Source: Candidatus Eiseniibacteriota bacterium (lineage in GTDB: Bacteria > Eisenbacteria > RBG-16-71-46). From it: a stretch of DNA of 60,596 nucleotides. The position numbers and the translations under genes are program-made. The notes under the pieces were generated by a model. That model had not been told where the DNA came from. It did not search any database and worked only from the letters and a program-made list of their open reading frames with translations. The stretch's first letter is position 1. Each line of letters starts with the position of its first letter. The stretch is from the NCBI GenBank assembly GCA_013140805.1, contig JABFRW010000023.1, positions 1-60,596 on the forward strand, in the 5' to 3' direction. Shown one piece after another: positions 1-9,700 of the stretch.

Positions 1-793
1 GTGCAAGGCGCTCGAGCGGCAGGTGGGTGATCTCGTCGACGCCGGAAGTCATCGCGACGCGAAAGTCCGCGGCGCTCGCGACGTGAGCCGAAACGGTGAG
101 GCCGGCCCCGTGTGCGCGTCTCACGATGGTCGGAAGCAGCGCCGGGTCGAGTCCGAAGCCACCACGTCGGGTGGGATCGTGCGAGCGAGCCGCGTGGGCC
201 TCGGAGTGCTCGAGGTAGACCTTGATGAAGTCGGGCCGGCCGGCCACTACGCGCGGCCACTTGAGTTCGAGTTGCTTGCGATCGTCGATCGTGAAGTAGG
301 CATCGTCGATCCAACGCGGCGAGGCCGTCGCCGTGGCGCCATCGTAAATCTGGGCCGGGTGTCCGTTGCCGGCGGTGAGTCCGCCGTTCGCGTACACCAC
401 GTCGACGGTGCGCGCCTGATTCACTCGCTTGCGCATGGCCGAGACGAGCGAGGTCGGGTTGTTCGGGTTCTTGACGAACAGCACCCCGGCGCGCAGATCG
501 CGCTCGAGGTCGGCCGCGAAGCCCGCGGTGTCGCTGAACAGGTGGCTATGGGCATCGGCAAAAGCCGGAACGACGAAGCGGCCGGAGAGATCGAGCGTCT
601 CCTCGACGGCACCCGACCAGTGATTCCTCAGCGCGCCCTCGACGCTGTAGAAGTCGCGTCGGACGAAGGCGTGTCCGTCGAACCACTCGCCGTTCGCGAG
701 CCGCAGGGTGTGGACCGTGTCGCCGTGGCCGGCGACCGGGCATGCTGCGATGGCGGACTCCAGGACGACCAGCAGGATGATCCAGATGCGCAT
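1..793 (-). CDS. amidohydrolase-family metal-dependent hydrolase, probably secreted (3' end runs off the window)
   Basis: My own minus-strand translation from the ATG at 793 gives MRIWIILLVVLESAIAACP... (signal-like), then PAFADAHSHLF (HxH metal motif). GAGGAG lies 8 nt upstream of the ATG. The gene is absent from the ORF track because it has no stop inside the window. The 23..1039 + ORF is its antisense shadow. Confidence 0.7.
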   Translation of the reverse strand, partial: MRIWIILLVVLESAIAACPVAGHGDTVHTLRLANGEWFDGHAFVRRDFYSVEGALRNHWSGAVEETLDLSGRFVVPAFADAHSHLFSDTAGFAADLERDLRAGVLFVKNPNNPTSLVSAMRKRVNQARTVDVVYANGGLTAGNGHPAQIYDGATATASPRWIDDAYFTIDDRKQLELKWPRVVAGRPDFIKVYLEHSEAHAARSHDPTRRGGFGLDPALLPTIVRRAHGAGLTVSAHVASAADFRVAMTSGVDEITHLPLERLA

Positions 794-875
794 CGAGTCG
801 ACTCCTCTTCTGGTTCGTATCCAGACGCGTGTCTATTTCGAGCGCAGCGTCTTCACGCCGCGGTCGCGCGGCGAT

Positions 876-1853
876 TCAGTGAGAATGAGAATGCGAGTGC
901 GAGTGCCGGTGCAGAGCAGGCGCTTGCGAGTGACGACTCGCCGGCGACACGCCTGGCAGCAGGAGCAGCGCGAGTGCGGCGATCAGGAGCCAGTGGCCGG
1001 TCGCCAGACGCGCGCGCCGTGACTCCGGCGATTGCATGAGCCGACGCAGCCGCGACTCCAGCGCATGTACGCCGAGCCCGGCTGGTCCGAGCACCGACTG
1101 CCGCTCCGGCAGCGTGAGTCGTGCGGCGCGTAGCAGCATGTCGCAATAGTTCGCCGCAGCGTCGCACTCGCCATGCAAAGCCAGATCGTCGCTCGCGTCG
1201 TCCTGCGCGGCACGCAGCCGCGCGACCACCAGCCAGAACACGGGATGCCACCACCACACGATCGCAAGCCACCCGGCGAGCCCCAGCCAGCGCGTGTCGC
1301 CGCGCCGCACGTGAGCGAGTTCGTGCCGCAATAGGAGCTGCATCGAGCGGTCGTCGAGCCTCGCGGTCCACCCGGCCGGCATGACCAGCACCGGACTCCG
1401 CATTCCCCACACGTAGGGAGAGGTCGCGGTGCGACTGACGACGACGCGTGGCGGACGCATGGCGAGGCGCGTCGCTGCCGCTCGCACGCGTGCGGCCAGC
1501 TCGTCCGTCTCGGGCTCCAGACCCTCGCCGACGCTCTCGCGCGCGAGGCGGCGCCGACCCGACCACGTTCGCGCCGCGACCCACAGCGCGCCGACGCACC
1601 ACACCACTCCCACGAGCCATTCGAAGCTGGCGGTCAGTCGTGGAGCGGCGCCACTCCACGCGACGGGACGCAGGAGCACGGGAACCGGTAACGCGAATCC
1701 CGGGAGCGCCGCGATCGCGAACATCAGCAAAGCGAGCGACAACAGCGCCGCCCGAAACGCCGCCGAAGTGCGCCGGAAGAGCGCGAGCGCCACCAACAGA
1801 GCGGTCGAGGCGATCCCCGCCCGCACGCCTCCTTCGATCAAGCCTTCGATCAC
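876..1853 (-). CDS. M56-family peptidase / BlaR1-MecR1-like signal transducer
   Basis: Several N-terminal TM segments and the HELAHVRRGD zinc-protease motif (HExxH). The GTG start overlaps the stop of the upstream BlaI-like gene (GTGA). Odd C-terminal tail HRHSHSHSHSH. Confidence 0.85.
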   Translation of the reverse strand: MIEGLIEGGVRAGIASTALLVALALFRRTSAAFRAALLSLALLMFAIAALPGFALPVPVLLRPVAWSGAAPRLTASFEWLVGVVWCVGALWVAARTWSGRRRLARESVGEGLEPETDELAARVRAAATRLAMRPPRVVVSRTATSPYVWGMRSPVLVMPAGWTARLDDRSMQLLLRHELAHVRRGDTRWLGLAGWLAIVWWWHPVFWLVVARLRAAQDDASDDLALHGECDAAANYCDMLLRAARLTLPERQSVLGPAGLGVHALESRLRRLMQSPESRRARLATGHWLLIAALALLLLPGVSPASRHSQAPALHRHSHSHSHSH

Positions 1854-2290
1854 GCGCTGCCCTTTCGCGCGCGCGGCGTGCGGCGCGCCTTGAGTTCGGC
1901 GAGCACGCTCTCGAGGTGTTCGATTTCCCGCGCCGAGGTCGGCCGGCGGGCGAGCAGTGACGCGACGAAATTCATCGAGTCACCCTCGAACACACGGCGG
2001 ACGAACGAGTCGACGAGGTGTTCGAGCGCGCCTTCGGCGCGCTCGGTCGCCCGATAGACGAAGGCCTTGCCGATCGGTCCACGACGACGCGCGACCAGGC
2101 GCTTGGTTTCGAGGCGTCCCAGGAGTGTGAGCACCGAGCCGTGCGCCATCGGCCGGCGCTCTGCGAGAGCCCGGCCGATCTCGCTGGCCGTCGCTTCCCC
2201 AGCGCGCCGCAGTTGAACCAGCACATCGAGCTCGGCTTCGGGTACGCGCGGAAGGCGCACGGGCGCTGCATCGCGTGAGGGACTGGACAT
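1850..2290 (-). CDS. BlaI/MecI/CopY-family transcriptional repressor
   Basis: The 146-aa product from the internal ATG at 2290 (MSSPSRDAAP...) has a winged-helix region, ATASEIGRALAERRPMAHGSVLTLLGRLETKRLV. It sits immediately upstream of, and overlaps, the M56 peptidase gene. The longer track ORF (to 2860) is an unsupported extension. Confidence 0.85.
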   Translation of the reverse strand: MSSPSRDAAPVRLPRVPEAELDVLVQLRRAGEATASEIGRALAERRPMAHGSVLTLLGRLETKRLVARRRGPIGKAFVYRATERAEGALEHLVDSFVRRVFEGDSMNFVASLLARRPTSAREIEHLESVLAELKARRTPRARKGSA

Positions 2291-2373
2291 GGACGCCACG
2301 ATATAGACAGATGTCGAGATCGACCAGGCCTGCCCGACCAGCGCGGTAAATTCGTTCGCGGGCGAGCCGGCGC

Positions 2374-2805
2374 TCAGGCGCGCGGCGGAATTGGCGCCGC
2401 GACGAAGCGGCCCCACGCCACGAACGCCGCGAGTGCGAACAGCCCCGTGTTGAACGGCAACACCGCGGTTTCGCCGCGCGAAATGTGGAACGCGGCCGCG
2501 AACAGCATGATGACGCCCAGCCCCGTCGCCGCCACCGGTGTGAGTCGCGGCGCGATGCGAGTGAACGCGGGGAGCAGCAGCCCGAGCGCTCCGGCCAGCT
2601 CGGCGATGCCGATGAATCGAATCAGCGCATCCGGGACCGACGGAGTCCAGCGAATCGCCTTGTGAAGCAGCTCGATCGACTGCATCGACTTGATTGTGCC
2701 CGAGATTGCGAACAACGCCGCGAGCAGCACCTGCGCGCTCCACAATCCGATCGAGAGCGCGCGTGACGTCGGCTGGCGTCGCGCGGCGGGCGGGTTGGGC
2801 TTCAT
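2374..2805 (-). CDS. DoxX-family membrane protein
   Basis: From the ATG at 2805 (MKPNPPAARR...): four hydrophobic helices with a DoxX-like pattern (FIGIAELAGALGLLLP). Overlaps the upstream gene's stop by 4 nt. Confidence 0.8.
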   Translation of the reverse strand: MKPNPPAARRQPTSRALSIGLWSAQVLLAALFAISGTIKSMQSIELLHKAIRWTPSVPDALIRFIGIAELAGALGLLLPAFTRIAPRLTPVAATGLGVIMLFAAAFHISRGETAVLPFNTGLFALAAFVAWGRFVAAPIPPRA

Positions 2806-3503
2806 GGTTTGCCTCCGGGGTCGGCCGGGTCCCACCACTTGGAGAGATTGCCCTCCGCACGGCGCGGCTGGTCCTGATAGTGCGAGACGTCGTTGAACAG
2901 CATGAGCCGCGCCCGCACCGCGTCTTTGAAGTCCACGATGTTGAGGCACGCGGGTGCCTGGTCGAGGCGATCGCGGTAGCCGCGCGCGTCGAAACCCAGC
3001 AGACTCGAGAGGATCAGGCGAAGTGTGGCCTTGTGAGCGACCACCAGCACGTTCTCGCCCGCATGCGCGAGCACGATCTCGCGGATCACCGGCAGTGCGC
3101 GGGCCAGCACGCTCAGGCCCGACTCACCGCCACTCGGTGCGAACGTGAACGGGTCGGCCTCCCACGCCGCGTACTCGTCGCAGAAACGCGATTCGACCTC
3201 GGCCCGCGTCAGACCCTCCCAGTGCCCGTGGTCGATCTCGCGCAGGCCGTCGCGCAGCTCGGGCACGAGCCGATGCGGCTCGCACAGGAGTTTCGCGGTC
3301 TCGACCGCGCGACTCAGCGAGCTGCTGTAAGCGATCGTGATGCGGTCGTCGGCCAGTCGGCGGGCCAGCTGACGCACCTGCTGGCGCCCCTCTTCCGACA
3401 GCTCCACCCCGGCCGAGCCCGAAAAGCGATCCTCGGCCGTGCGCGAAGTGGCGCCATGGCGAACCAGGTAGAGACGCGTCGCGGATTTCATGCGGCGCAT
3501 CAT
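2802..3503 (-). CDS. histidine phosphatase family protein (phosphoglycerate-mutase-like)
   Basis: LYLVRHGAT (RHG catalytic motif) and VVAHKATLR (second His). The start is ambiguous between ATGs at 3503, 3500 and 3491. Confidence 0.8.
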   Translation of the reverse strand: MMRRMKSATRLYLVRHGATSRTAEDRFSGSAGVELSEEGRQQVRQLARRLADDRITIAYSSSLSRAVETAKLLCEPHRLVPELRDGLREIDHGHWEGLTRAEVESRFCDEYAAWEADPFTFAPSGGESGLSVLARALPVIREIVLAHAGENVLVVAHKATLRLILSSLLGFDARGYRDRLDQAPACLNIVDFKDAVRARLMLFNDVSHYQDQPRRAEGNLSKWWDPADPGGKP

Positions 3504-3513
3504 ACTCGCTCGT

Positions 3514-3906
3514 CTAGGCGGCGCGAGCGAAGGGGCGCTGCGGGGAACCCCTGGGCCCGACATACCTGGCATCGGTGAACGCGAGCATCGGCAGGAACAC
3601 GAACGGCAGCAGTGCGAGCCCCACCGCCCAGCCGGCACTCTTGCCGAACTTCCTGGCCAGATCGAGGCACACGATGCACGCCGGGATCAGGTTGAGAAGC
3701 GGCACGCACAGCCACAGCACCCACCACCACGGCCGCTCGAGAATCCGCATGAAGACGACCGCACCGTAGATCGGGATCAGCGCCTTCCATCCGGCCTGCC
3801 CCGCCTTCTCGAATACGATCCAGTTCGAGGTGATCATCAGGGCGCACAGCCCCAGCATGGTCGAGAAGAATCCCATTCCCATACCAAGTCCGGTTCCGGT
3901 GTCCAT
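3514..3906 (-). CDS. small integral membrane protein (DUF5684-like)
   Basis: 130 aa with 3-4 TM helices. The motif AGQAGWKALIPIYGAVVFMRILERPWWW resembles the DUF5684 family as I remember it. Confidence 0.55.
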   Translation of the reverse strand: MDTGTGLGMGMGFFSTMLGLCALMITSNWIVFEKAGQAGWKALIPIYGAVVFMRILERPWWWVLWLCVPLLNLIPACIVCLDLARKFGKSAGWAVGLALLPFVFLPMLAFTDARYVGPRGSPQRPFARAA

Positions 3907-4022
3907 GTTCGACCTCCTGACGTGGCAGGGTCATCGGCACTGCGGAGGTCCGGCGTGAGCCGAGTCTGAACGGTTGCGCTACGCTGCGACCCTCAGCGCC
4001 CTCTTGGACCCAGGAGCCCGAC

Positions 4023-4469
4023 ATGATGCCTGCCGTGCTGGATCTGGCACTCGCTGTACTGCTCGCGACCACCACCCCGGCGGCGGCCCCTGCGGCGGCC
4101 GAGCTGACCTCGCTGCTCACCCAATTCCTCGCCGGTGCTTCGCGCAACGACGCAGCGATTCACGAGCGCTTCTGGGCTGACGACCTCATCTACACCGGCT
4201 CGTCCGGCCGCCGAATCGGCAAGACCGACATCATGAAAGACGTCAGCGCCACGCCGCCTTCCCCACCCGATGAGCCGGTGTCGGTCTACTCGGCCGAAGA
4301 GGTCCGCGTTCAGCAGTATGGCGACGCGGCGATGGTGGCGTTTCGACTGATCGCCACTCAGACCCACGGCGACAGCACCGAGGTGGCGCGCTACCTGAAC
4401 ACCGGTTTCTTCATGAAGCGCAAAGGTGAATGGCGCGCGGTCGGATGGCAGGCCACTCGGATGCCGTAG
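4023..4469 (+). CDS. NTF2-like / DUF4440 (SnoaL-like) domain protein with signal peptide
   Basis: N-terminal hydrophobic/Ala-rich signal. Size and pattern (RFWADDLIYTGSSG...VRVQQYGDAAMV...KRKGEWRAVGWQAT) are typical of the DUF4440 fold. Confidence 0.6.
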   Translation: MMPAVLDLALAVLLATTTPAAAPAAAELTSLLTQFLAGASRNDAAIHERFWADDLIYTGSSGRRIGKTDIMKDVSATPPSPPDEPVSVYSAEEVRVQQYGDAAMVAFRLIATQTHGDSTEVARYLNTGFFMKRKGEWRAVGWQATRMP

Positions 4470-4474
4470 CCGCC

Positions 4475-4663
4475 ATGCACCATGCCTGGTCGCTCTTCAC
4501 CCGCGCGCTGCGCGCATTCGTAGCCGACAACGGCATGCAGCTGGCGGCCGGGATCGCGTTCTACGTGCTGCTCTCGCTGGTGCCGCTCGCCACCTTCAAC
4601 GTCGCGTGGAAGATCCGCACGCACCGGAGCGTTGTTCGGCGCCGAACTGGCCGCATGCGCTAG
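4475..4663 (+). pseudogene. truncated YihY/BrkB-family membrane protein remnant (N-terminal ~45 aa only)
   Basis: MHHAWSLFTRALRAFVADNGMQLAAGIAFYVLLSLVPL is the canonical YihY N-terminus, but the frame then degenerates and stops after about 60 codons. Full-length members are roughly 280-300 aa. Confidence 0.45.
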
Positions 4664-4717
4664 TCTGCGCGACGTTGCAGACGCCGCCACTCCGCGTCGA
4701 AGTCCGAGGGAAACGCC

Positions 4718-5131
4718 ATGAACTTGAATCGCGCCACATCGATCAGCTACTTCTTGCTCCGCGCCGTTACGGGCTGGATGTATTTTCAGGCGGGGGCAAC
4801 CAAGTTGGCCGGCTGGTTCGGCGGCATGCCCGGTTCGGGCGGCGTCCCCGCTCCGCTCATGACGCAGGTCGGAATTGGCGGGGCGCTCGAATTCTTCGGC
4901 GGCATCGCGATCATGCTCGGACTCTTCACGCGCCCGGTCGCGTTCATCCTGTGCGGCGAGATGGCGGTCGCTTACTGGCAATTCCACGCCCCCAACGGCG
5001 CCTGGCCGGTGCAGAACGGCGGCGTGGCGGCGGCGCTCTTCTGCTTCGTGTTTCTCTACATGGCTGCGCGCGGCGCCGGCGAGTGGAGCCTGGACTCGTT
5101 GATCGCCCGTCGCGGTTCGAAGAAGTCCTGA
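4718..5131 (+). CDS. DoxX-family membrane protein
   Basis: 137 aa, four TM helices. LRAVTGWMYFQAGATKL and FFGGIAIMLGLFTRP are DoxX-like. Confidence 0.8.
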   Translation: MNLNRATSISYFLLRAVTGWMYFQAGATKLAGWFGGMPGSGGVPAPLMTQVGIGGALEFFGGIAIMLGLFTRPVAFILCGEMAVAYWQFHAPNGAWPVQNGGVAAALFCFVFLYMAARGAGEWSLDSLIARRGSKKS

Positions 5132-5143
5132 AAGGAGTTCGCG

Positions 5144-6259
5144 ATGAGCGGCGTGCGGGTACTGGTCGGAACCAAGAAGGGCGCCTTCGTCCTCACCTCG
5201 GATGCGAAGCGCGACCGGTGGAAAGTCGAGGGACCGCATTTCGCGGGCTGGGAGATCTACCACGTCAAGGGTTCGCCGCTGGATCCGAACCGCCTCTACG
5301 CTTCGCAATGCAGTGGCTGGTTCGGTCAGGTCATTCAGCGCTCGAACGACGGCGGCAAGACCTGGGAGCCGGTCGGCAATGCGTTCCCGTACGACGGCAC
5401 CCCGGGAACGCACCTGTGGTACGACGGCACGCAGCATCCGTGGGAGTTCAAGCGCGTCTGGCATCTCGAACCCTCGCTCACCGACGCGGACACCGTGTAT
5501 GCCGGCATCGAGGACGCGGCGCTGTTCCGTTCGACCGATGCCGGGAAGAGCTGGCAGGAACTCCCCGGGTTGCGCGCGCAGAAGGGCGCGCTGTGGCAGC
5601 CGGGCGCGGGCGGCATGGGGCTGCACACGATCGTGCTCGATCCTGCCAATCCCTCGCGCATGTACATCGCGATCTCGGCGGCCGGCGTGTTTCGCACCGA
5701 TGACGCCGGGCAGAGCTGGCGCCCGATCAACCGCGGACTCAAGTCGCTGTACGAACTTCCGGATCCGAATGCCGACGTCGGCCATTGCGTTCATCGGATC
5801 GCGATGCATCCGACGCGCCCGGACGTGCTGTTCATGCAGAAGCACTGGGACGTGATGCGCAGCAACGACGGCGGCGAGTCGTGGGTGGAAGTGAGCGGCA
5901 ACCTGCCCAGCGACTTCGGATTCCCGATCGATGTTCACGCGCATGAACCCGAGACCATCTACGTCGTGCCGATCAAGAGCGACTCCGAGCACTATCCGCC
6001 CGAGGGCAAGCTGCGCGTGTATCGCAGCCGCACCGGCGGCAACGAGTGGGAGGCGCTCACGAACGGGCTGCCGCAGAGCGACTGCTACGTGAACGTGCTG
6101 CGCGAAGCGATGGCGGTCGACCACCTGGATGACTGCGGCGTGTACTTCGGCACCACCGGCGGGCAGGTCTACGCCTCGCCGAACGGCGGTGACACCTGGG
6201 CTCCGATCGTTCGCGATCTGCCGGCGGTGCTGTCGGTGGAGGTGCAGACCCTGCAATGA
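5144..6259 (+). CDS. BNR/Asp-box repeat beta-propeller protein (sialidase-like fold, no signal peptide)
   Basis: Five Asp-box motifs (SxDxGxTW): [40 protein letters not shown]. It lies 12 nt after the DoxX gene and overlaps the next gene by 4 nt. Confidence 0.75.
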   Translation: MSGVRVLVGTKKGAFVLTSDAKRDRWKVEGPHFAGWEIYHVKGSPLDPNRLYASQCSGWFGQVIQRSNDGGKTWEPVGNAFPYDGTPGTHLWYDGTQHPWEFKRVWHLEPSLTDADTVYAGIEDAALFRSTDAGKSWQELPGLRAQKGALWQPGAGGMGLHTIVLDPANPSRMYIAISAAGVFRTDDAGQSWRPINRGLKSLYELPDPNADVGHCVHRIAMHPTRPDVLFMQKHWDVMRSNDGGESWVEVSGNLPSDFGFPIDVHAHEPETIYVVPIKSDSEHYPPEGKLRVYRSRTGGNEWEALTNGLPQSDCYVNVLREAMAVDHLDDCGVYFGTTGGQVYASPNGGDTWAPIVRDLPAVLSVEVQTLQ

Positions 6260-6552
6260 TCCGCATCGTGCTTCCGGCCCACTTGCGAACCCTGGCGCGT
6301 GTCGACGGTGAGGTGAGGCTCGAGCTCGCCGGTCCGGTGACCCAGCGCGCGGTGCTCGACGCGCTCGAGCTCCGCTTTCCGGTGCTGCGCGGAACCATCC
6401 GTGACCACGGCACGCTGCAGCGCCGCGCGTTCGTGCGGTTCTTCGCCTGCCAGGAGGACCTGTCGCTCGAATCGCCCGATGCTCCCCTCCCTGAGGCGGT
6501 TACGAGCGGAGCCGAGCCCTTTCTGGTGATCGGGGCCATGGCGGGCGGCTGA
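6256..6552 (+). CDS. MoaD/ThiS-family ubiquitin-like small protein (C-terminal Gly-Gly)
   Basis: 98 aa ending ...VIGAMAGG followed by a stop. Beta-grasp-like length. ATGA overlap with the BNR gene. Confidence 0.7.
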   Translation: MIRIVLPAHLRTLARVDGEVRLELAGPVTQRAVLDALELRFPVLRGTIRDHGTLQRRAFVRFFACQEDLSLESPDAPLPEAVTSGAEPFLVIGAMAGG

Positions 6553-6710
6553 GTTTCACGCCGCGCTCCCAGCGAATCCCGCCCCGGCGTGTGACGGCAG
6601 CCAGCGCGCCGCGTTCCCGGTAGTGAAGCTCACCCCACTGCCCGGAGGATTCCATGCGCCTGTCATCCTCGTCGCGCTTCGCCAGACCGTCGGTACCGTC
6701 ATGGAAATGG

Positions 6711-9700
6711 ATGCGGGTGCCGAGGGCCGCGCTGACATTGCTCGGTGTGTCCCTCCTGCTGCCGGTCCTCGCGGCCGCCGGCTCCCCCGACGCCGCGCGC
6801 CTCGACGCGTTCCTGAACGGATTCTCGTCACGGACGACGCCGGCGCCCGACGGCCGCAGCGTTGTGCTCTCGCAGCCGAACACGCCCCAGGTCACGGCGT
6901 TCGCCCACACCCTGGTGTCCGGCTGGCCGCGCGAGTCGAACGTTGCGCTGCGACGGTTCGGGCTGCGCGTGTGCACCGCCGGCGACGTGAACGGCGACGG
7001 CTGGAGTGACGTGCTCACCTACGGCGGCAAGGATGTCCTGCCGGCCGACGGTCAGCTCGCGCTCTACCTCGGCACCGGATCCGGCACCTCGACGACTCCG
7101 ATCTGGGTGCGAACCGGCATTCCGATCAATCTGGAAATCGCGCCAGCCGGCGACGTGAACAACGACGGGCTCGCCGACATCGTGATCGGTCAGCCGACCG
7201 CACTCAGCGGTTCGATCCAGATCATGTATGGCCGTGGCTGGGGCCTCGATACCGTGAACATCACGGTGGTGGCGCGTTCGATCAACGGCTTCGGCGGTGC
7301 GGTGGCACCCGCCGGCGACGTCAATGGTGACGGCTTCGACGACGTGATCGTCGGGGCGCCGAGCGGCGTGAGGCCCGGAAGTGCATGCGCGGTGGTCGCC
7401 GGCTACGCCGAGGTGCTGTTCGGCTCGGGCACCGGGCTCGACGGCAGCAATCGCTGGTGGGTGAACGGCTGCGATCTCAACTACCCGGCCGCCTCGCAAC
7501 TCGGCGCAGCGGTCGCCAGCGCCGGTGACGTGAACGCCGACGGCTTCGGCGATGTCGCGGTCGGCATCCCCGGCTACCAGCAGGGTCACGTGGTGATCTG
7601 GTACGGCTCGGGCACGGCCGACGGACTGCCGCAGCCGCCGAGCAGCACCTTCTCGTTCCTGGTCGGCGACGAATCGGGTGCGCGCTTCGGCGCCGCACTC
7701 GCCCCCGCCGGCGACGTGAACGCCGACGGCTATGCCGACCTGCTGGTCGGCGCGCCGAACCACGACTCGGGTGGCGATCCCGATCGCGGGGCAGCCTATC
7801 TCTACCCGGGTACATCGACGACGCTCTCGACGACTGCGTTCTGGGCGGCCGGCGGACCCTCGCCGATCGGCGGCAACAATGCTCACTTCGGCGCCGCGGT
7901 CGCTTCGGCCGGCGACGTGAACGGCGATGGACTCGGCGACGTCATCATCGGCGCCCCGAACTACTCGAACGGCCAGTCGAACGAGGGCGCGTGGGTGGTC
8001 TACACCAGTCTCGGCTTCACCATGGCGTCCGACCTCGGTGCGGTCGAAAGCGGCGAGGTCGGCGCGCAGCTCGGAACCTCGGTGTGCACTGCCGGAGACT
8101 CGGACGGCGACGGGTTCGGCGACTGGATCGTTTCAGCCCCGTACCACAGCAACGGTCAGGCCGAAGAGGGCCAGGTGTTCGTGTGGCGCGGAGGGGCCGA
8201 CTTGCTCGCAGCGGCACCGTGGTTCACCTACTCGACGTTTCAGAGTGGCGCGAGCTATGGCTGGTCGGTGGCGTCGGCGGGCGACGTGAACGGGGACGGC
8301 TACGACGACATCATCGTTGGCGCGCCGTTCTTCACCAACACGCTCAACGCCGAGGGCGGGGCGTTCGTTGTGCGTGGCGGCCCCACCGGACCGCTCGGAG
8401 TGGTCGACTGGCAGGCTTACGGCGGTCAGGCCTCGGCGCAGCTCGGCGTGTGTGTGAGCAAAGCGGGCGACGTCAACGGCGACGGCTACGACGACATCAT
8501 CGCGGGCGCGGATCAGTACGACGGAACCGGAACCGCGTGGGTGTACTACGGGTCGTCCAGCGGGCTGACCGGATCGCCGCATCCTCGCACGCAACTGTTC
8601 GGGAGCGGTGACCCGGGTGCGCACTTTGGCAATCGCGTCGCGGCCGCGGGCGATGTGAACGGCGACGGCTTCGCCGATGTGATCGTGGGCGCGGTGCTCG
8701 AGAATCACGGCGAGAACGACGAAGGTCGTGCCTACGTGTTCCTGGGCAGCGCGGCTGGAATCCAGACCACGCCGCAGCTGACTCTGGAAGGCAATCAGGA
8801 GTCGGGTCAGTTCGGAGGTTCGGTGGCCTCGGCCGGCGACGTGAACGGCGACGGCTACAGCGACATCGTGATCGGCGCTCCGCAATTCGACAGTCCGATC
8901 GGGCCGTTCTTCCTCGTGGATTCGGGCCAGGCGTGGGTGTTTCCAGGCACCGCGTCGGGAGTCTCGTCGACTCCGCTGCGCGTCTACCTGGGCGACGATG
9001 ACTTCGGGAGTCTGGGAAGCGCCGTCTCATCTGCCGGCGACGTGAATCGAGATGGCCTGAGCGACGTGGTGATCGGCGCCTACGGGCGCAACAACTGTGG
9101 TGCGGTGTTCGTGTTCCCCGGCGTGCCGGGCTCGATCTCGGCCACGCCCTACTTCACTTTCCAGTCGAGCGAAGTGGGTTCGGCGTTCGGTTCCGCGGTT
9201 TCGACCGCCGGCGACATGAACGGCGACGGCTACAGCGACATCGTGGTCGGCGCGGTGTTCGCCGACAATCTCGGCCCCCAGGATCAGGGGACCGCCTCGG
9301 TGTTCCTGGGTGGACCGCTCACGATGTCGGGGCCGGTCACGCGCTCGGGCGGCGAGTCGTTCGCCAACTTCGGTGGTTCGGTCGCCGGCGGAATGGACAT
9401 GAACGGCGATGGCTTCGGAGACCTCCTGATCGGTGCGCCGGGCGACGACGTATTCGGCTTCAACGACGGCACCGCCACTGGATTCCTCGGCAGTACCACC
9501 GCAATCACCCGGCGGATCGTACTGCTCAACGGCGGCGTGACGGAGGTTCTTCCGTCACAGGGCATGAACGACAACACCAACCGCGTTTATCTGTACCACC
9601 GGCTTCGCAGCGCCGGCGGACGGCTGCGCGTGCGCATGGAGTGGCGCTTGAATCCGACCGCGACGCTGGCCGCGAACGCTTCGGTGCTGAGCGGACTCAC

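Noticed and set aside
23-1039. 338-aa + strand ORF at the left edge
   Set aside because: It is the antisense shadow of a convincing minus-strand amidohydrolase gene (HxH motif, signal peptide, RBS). Its own translation is Arg/Ala/Gly-rich with no motif.
4391-6256. 621-aa minus-strand ORF
   Set aside because: It lies opposite the DoxX and BNR-propeller genes, which carry clear family motifs. Its Arg/Ala-rich low-complexity translation is typical of high-GC antisense frames.
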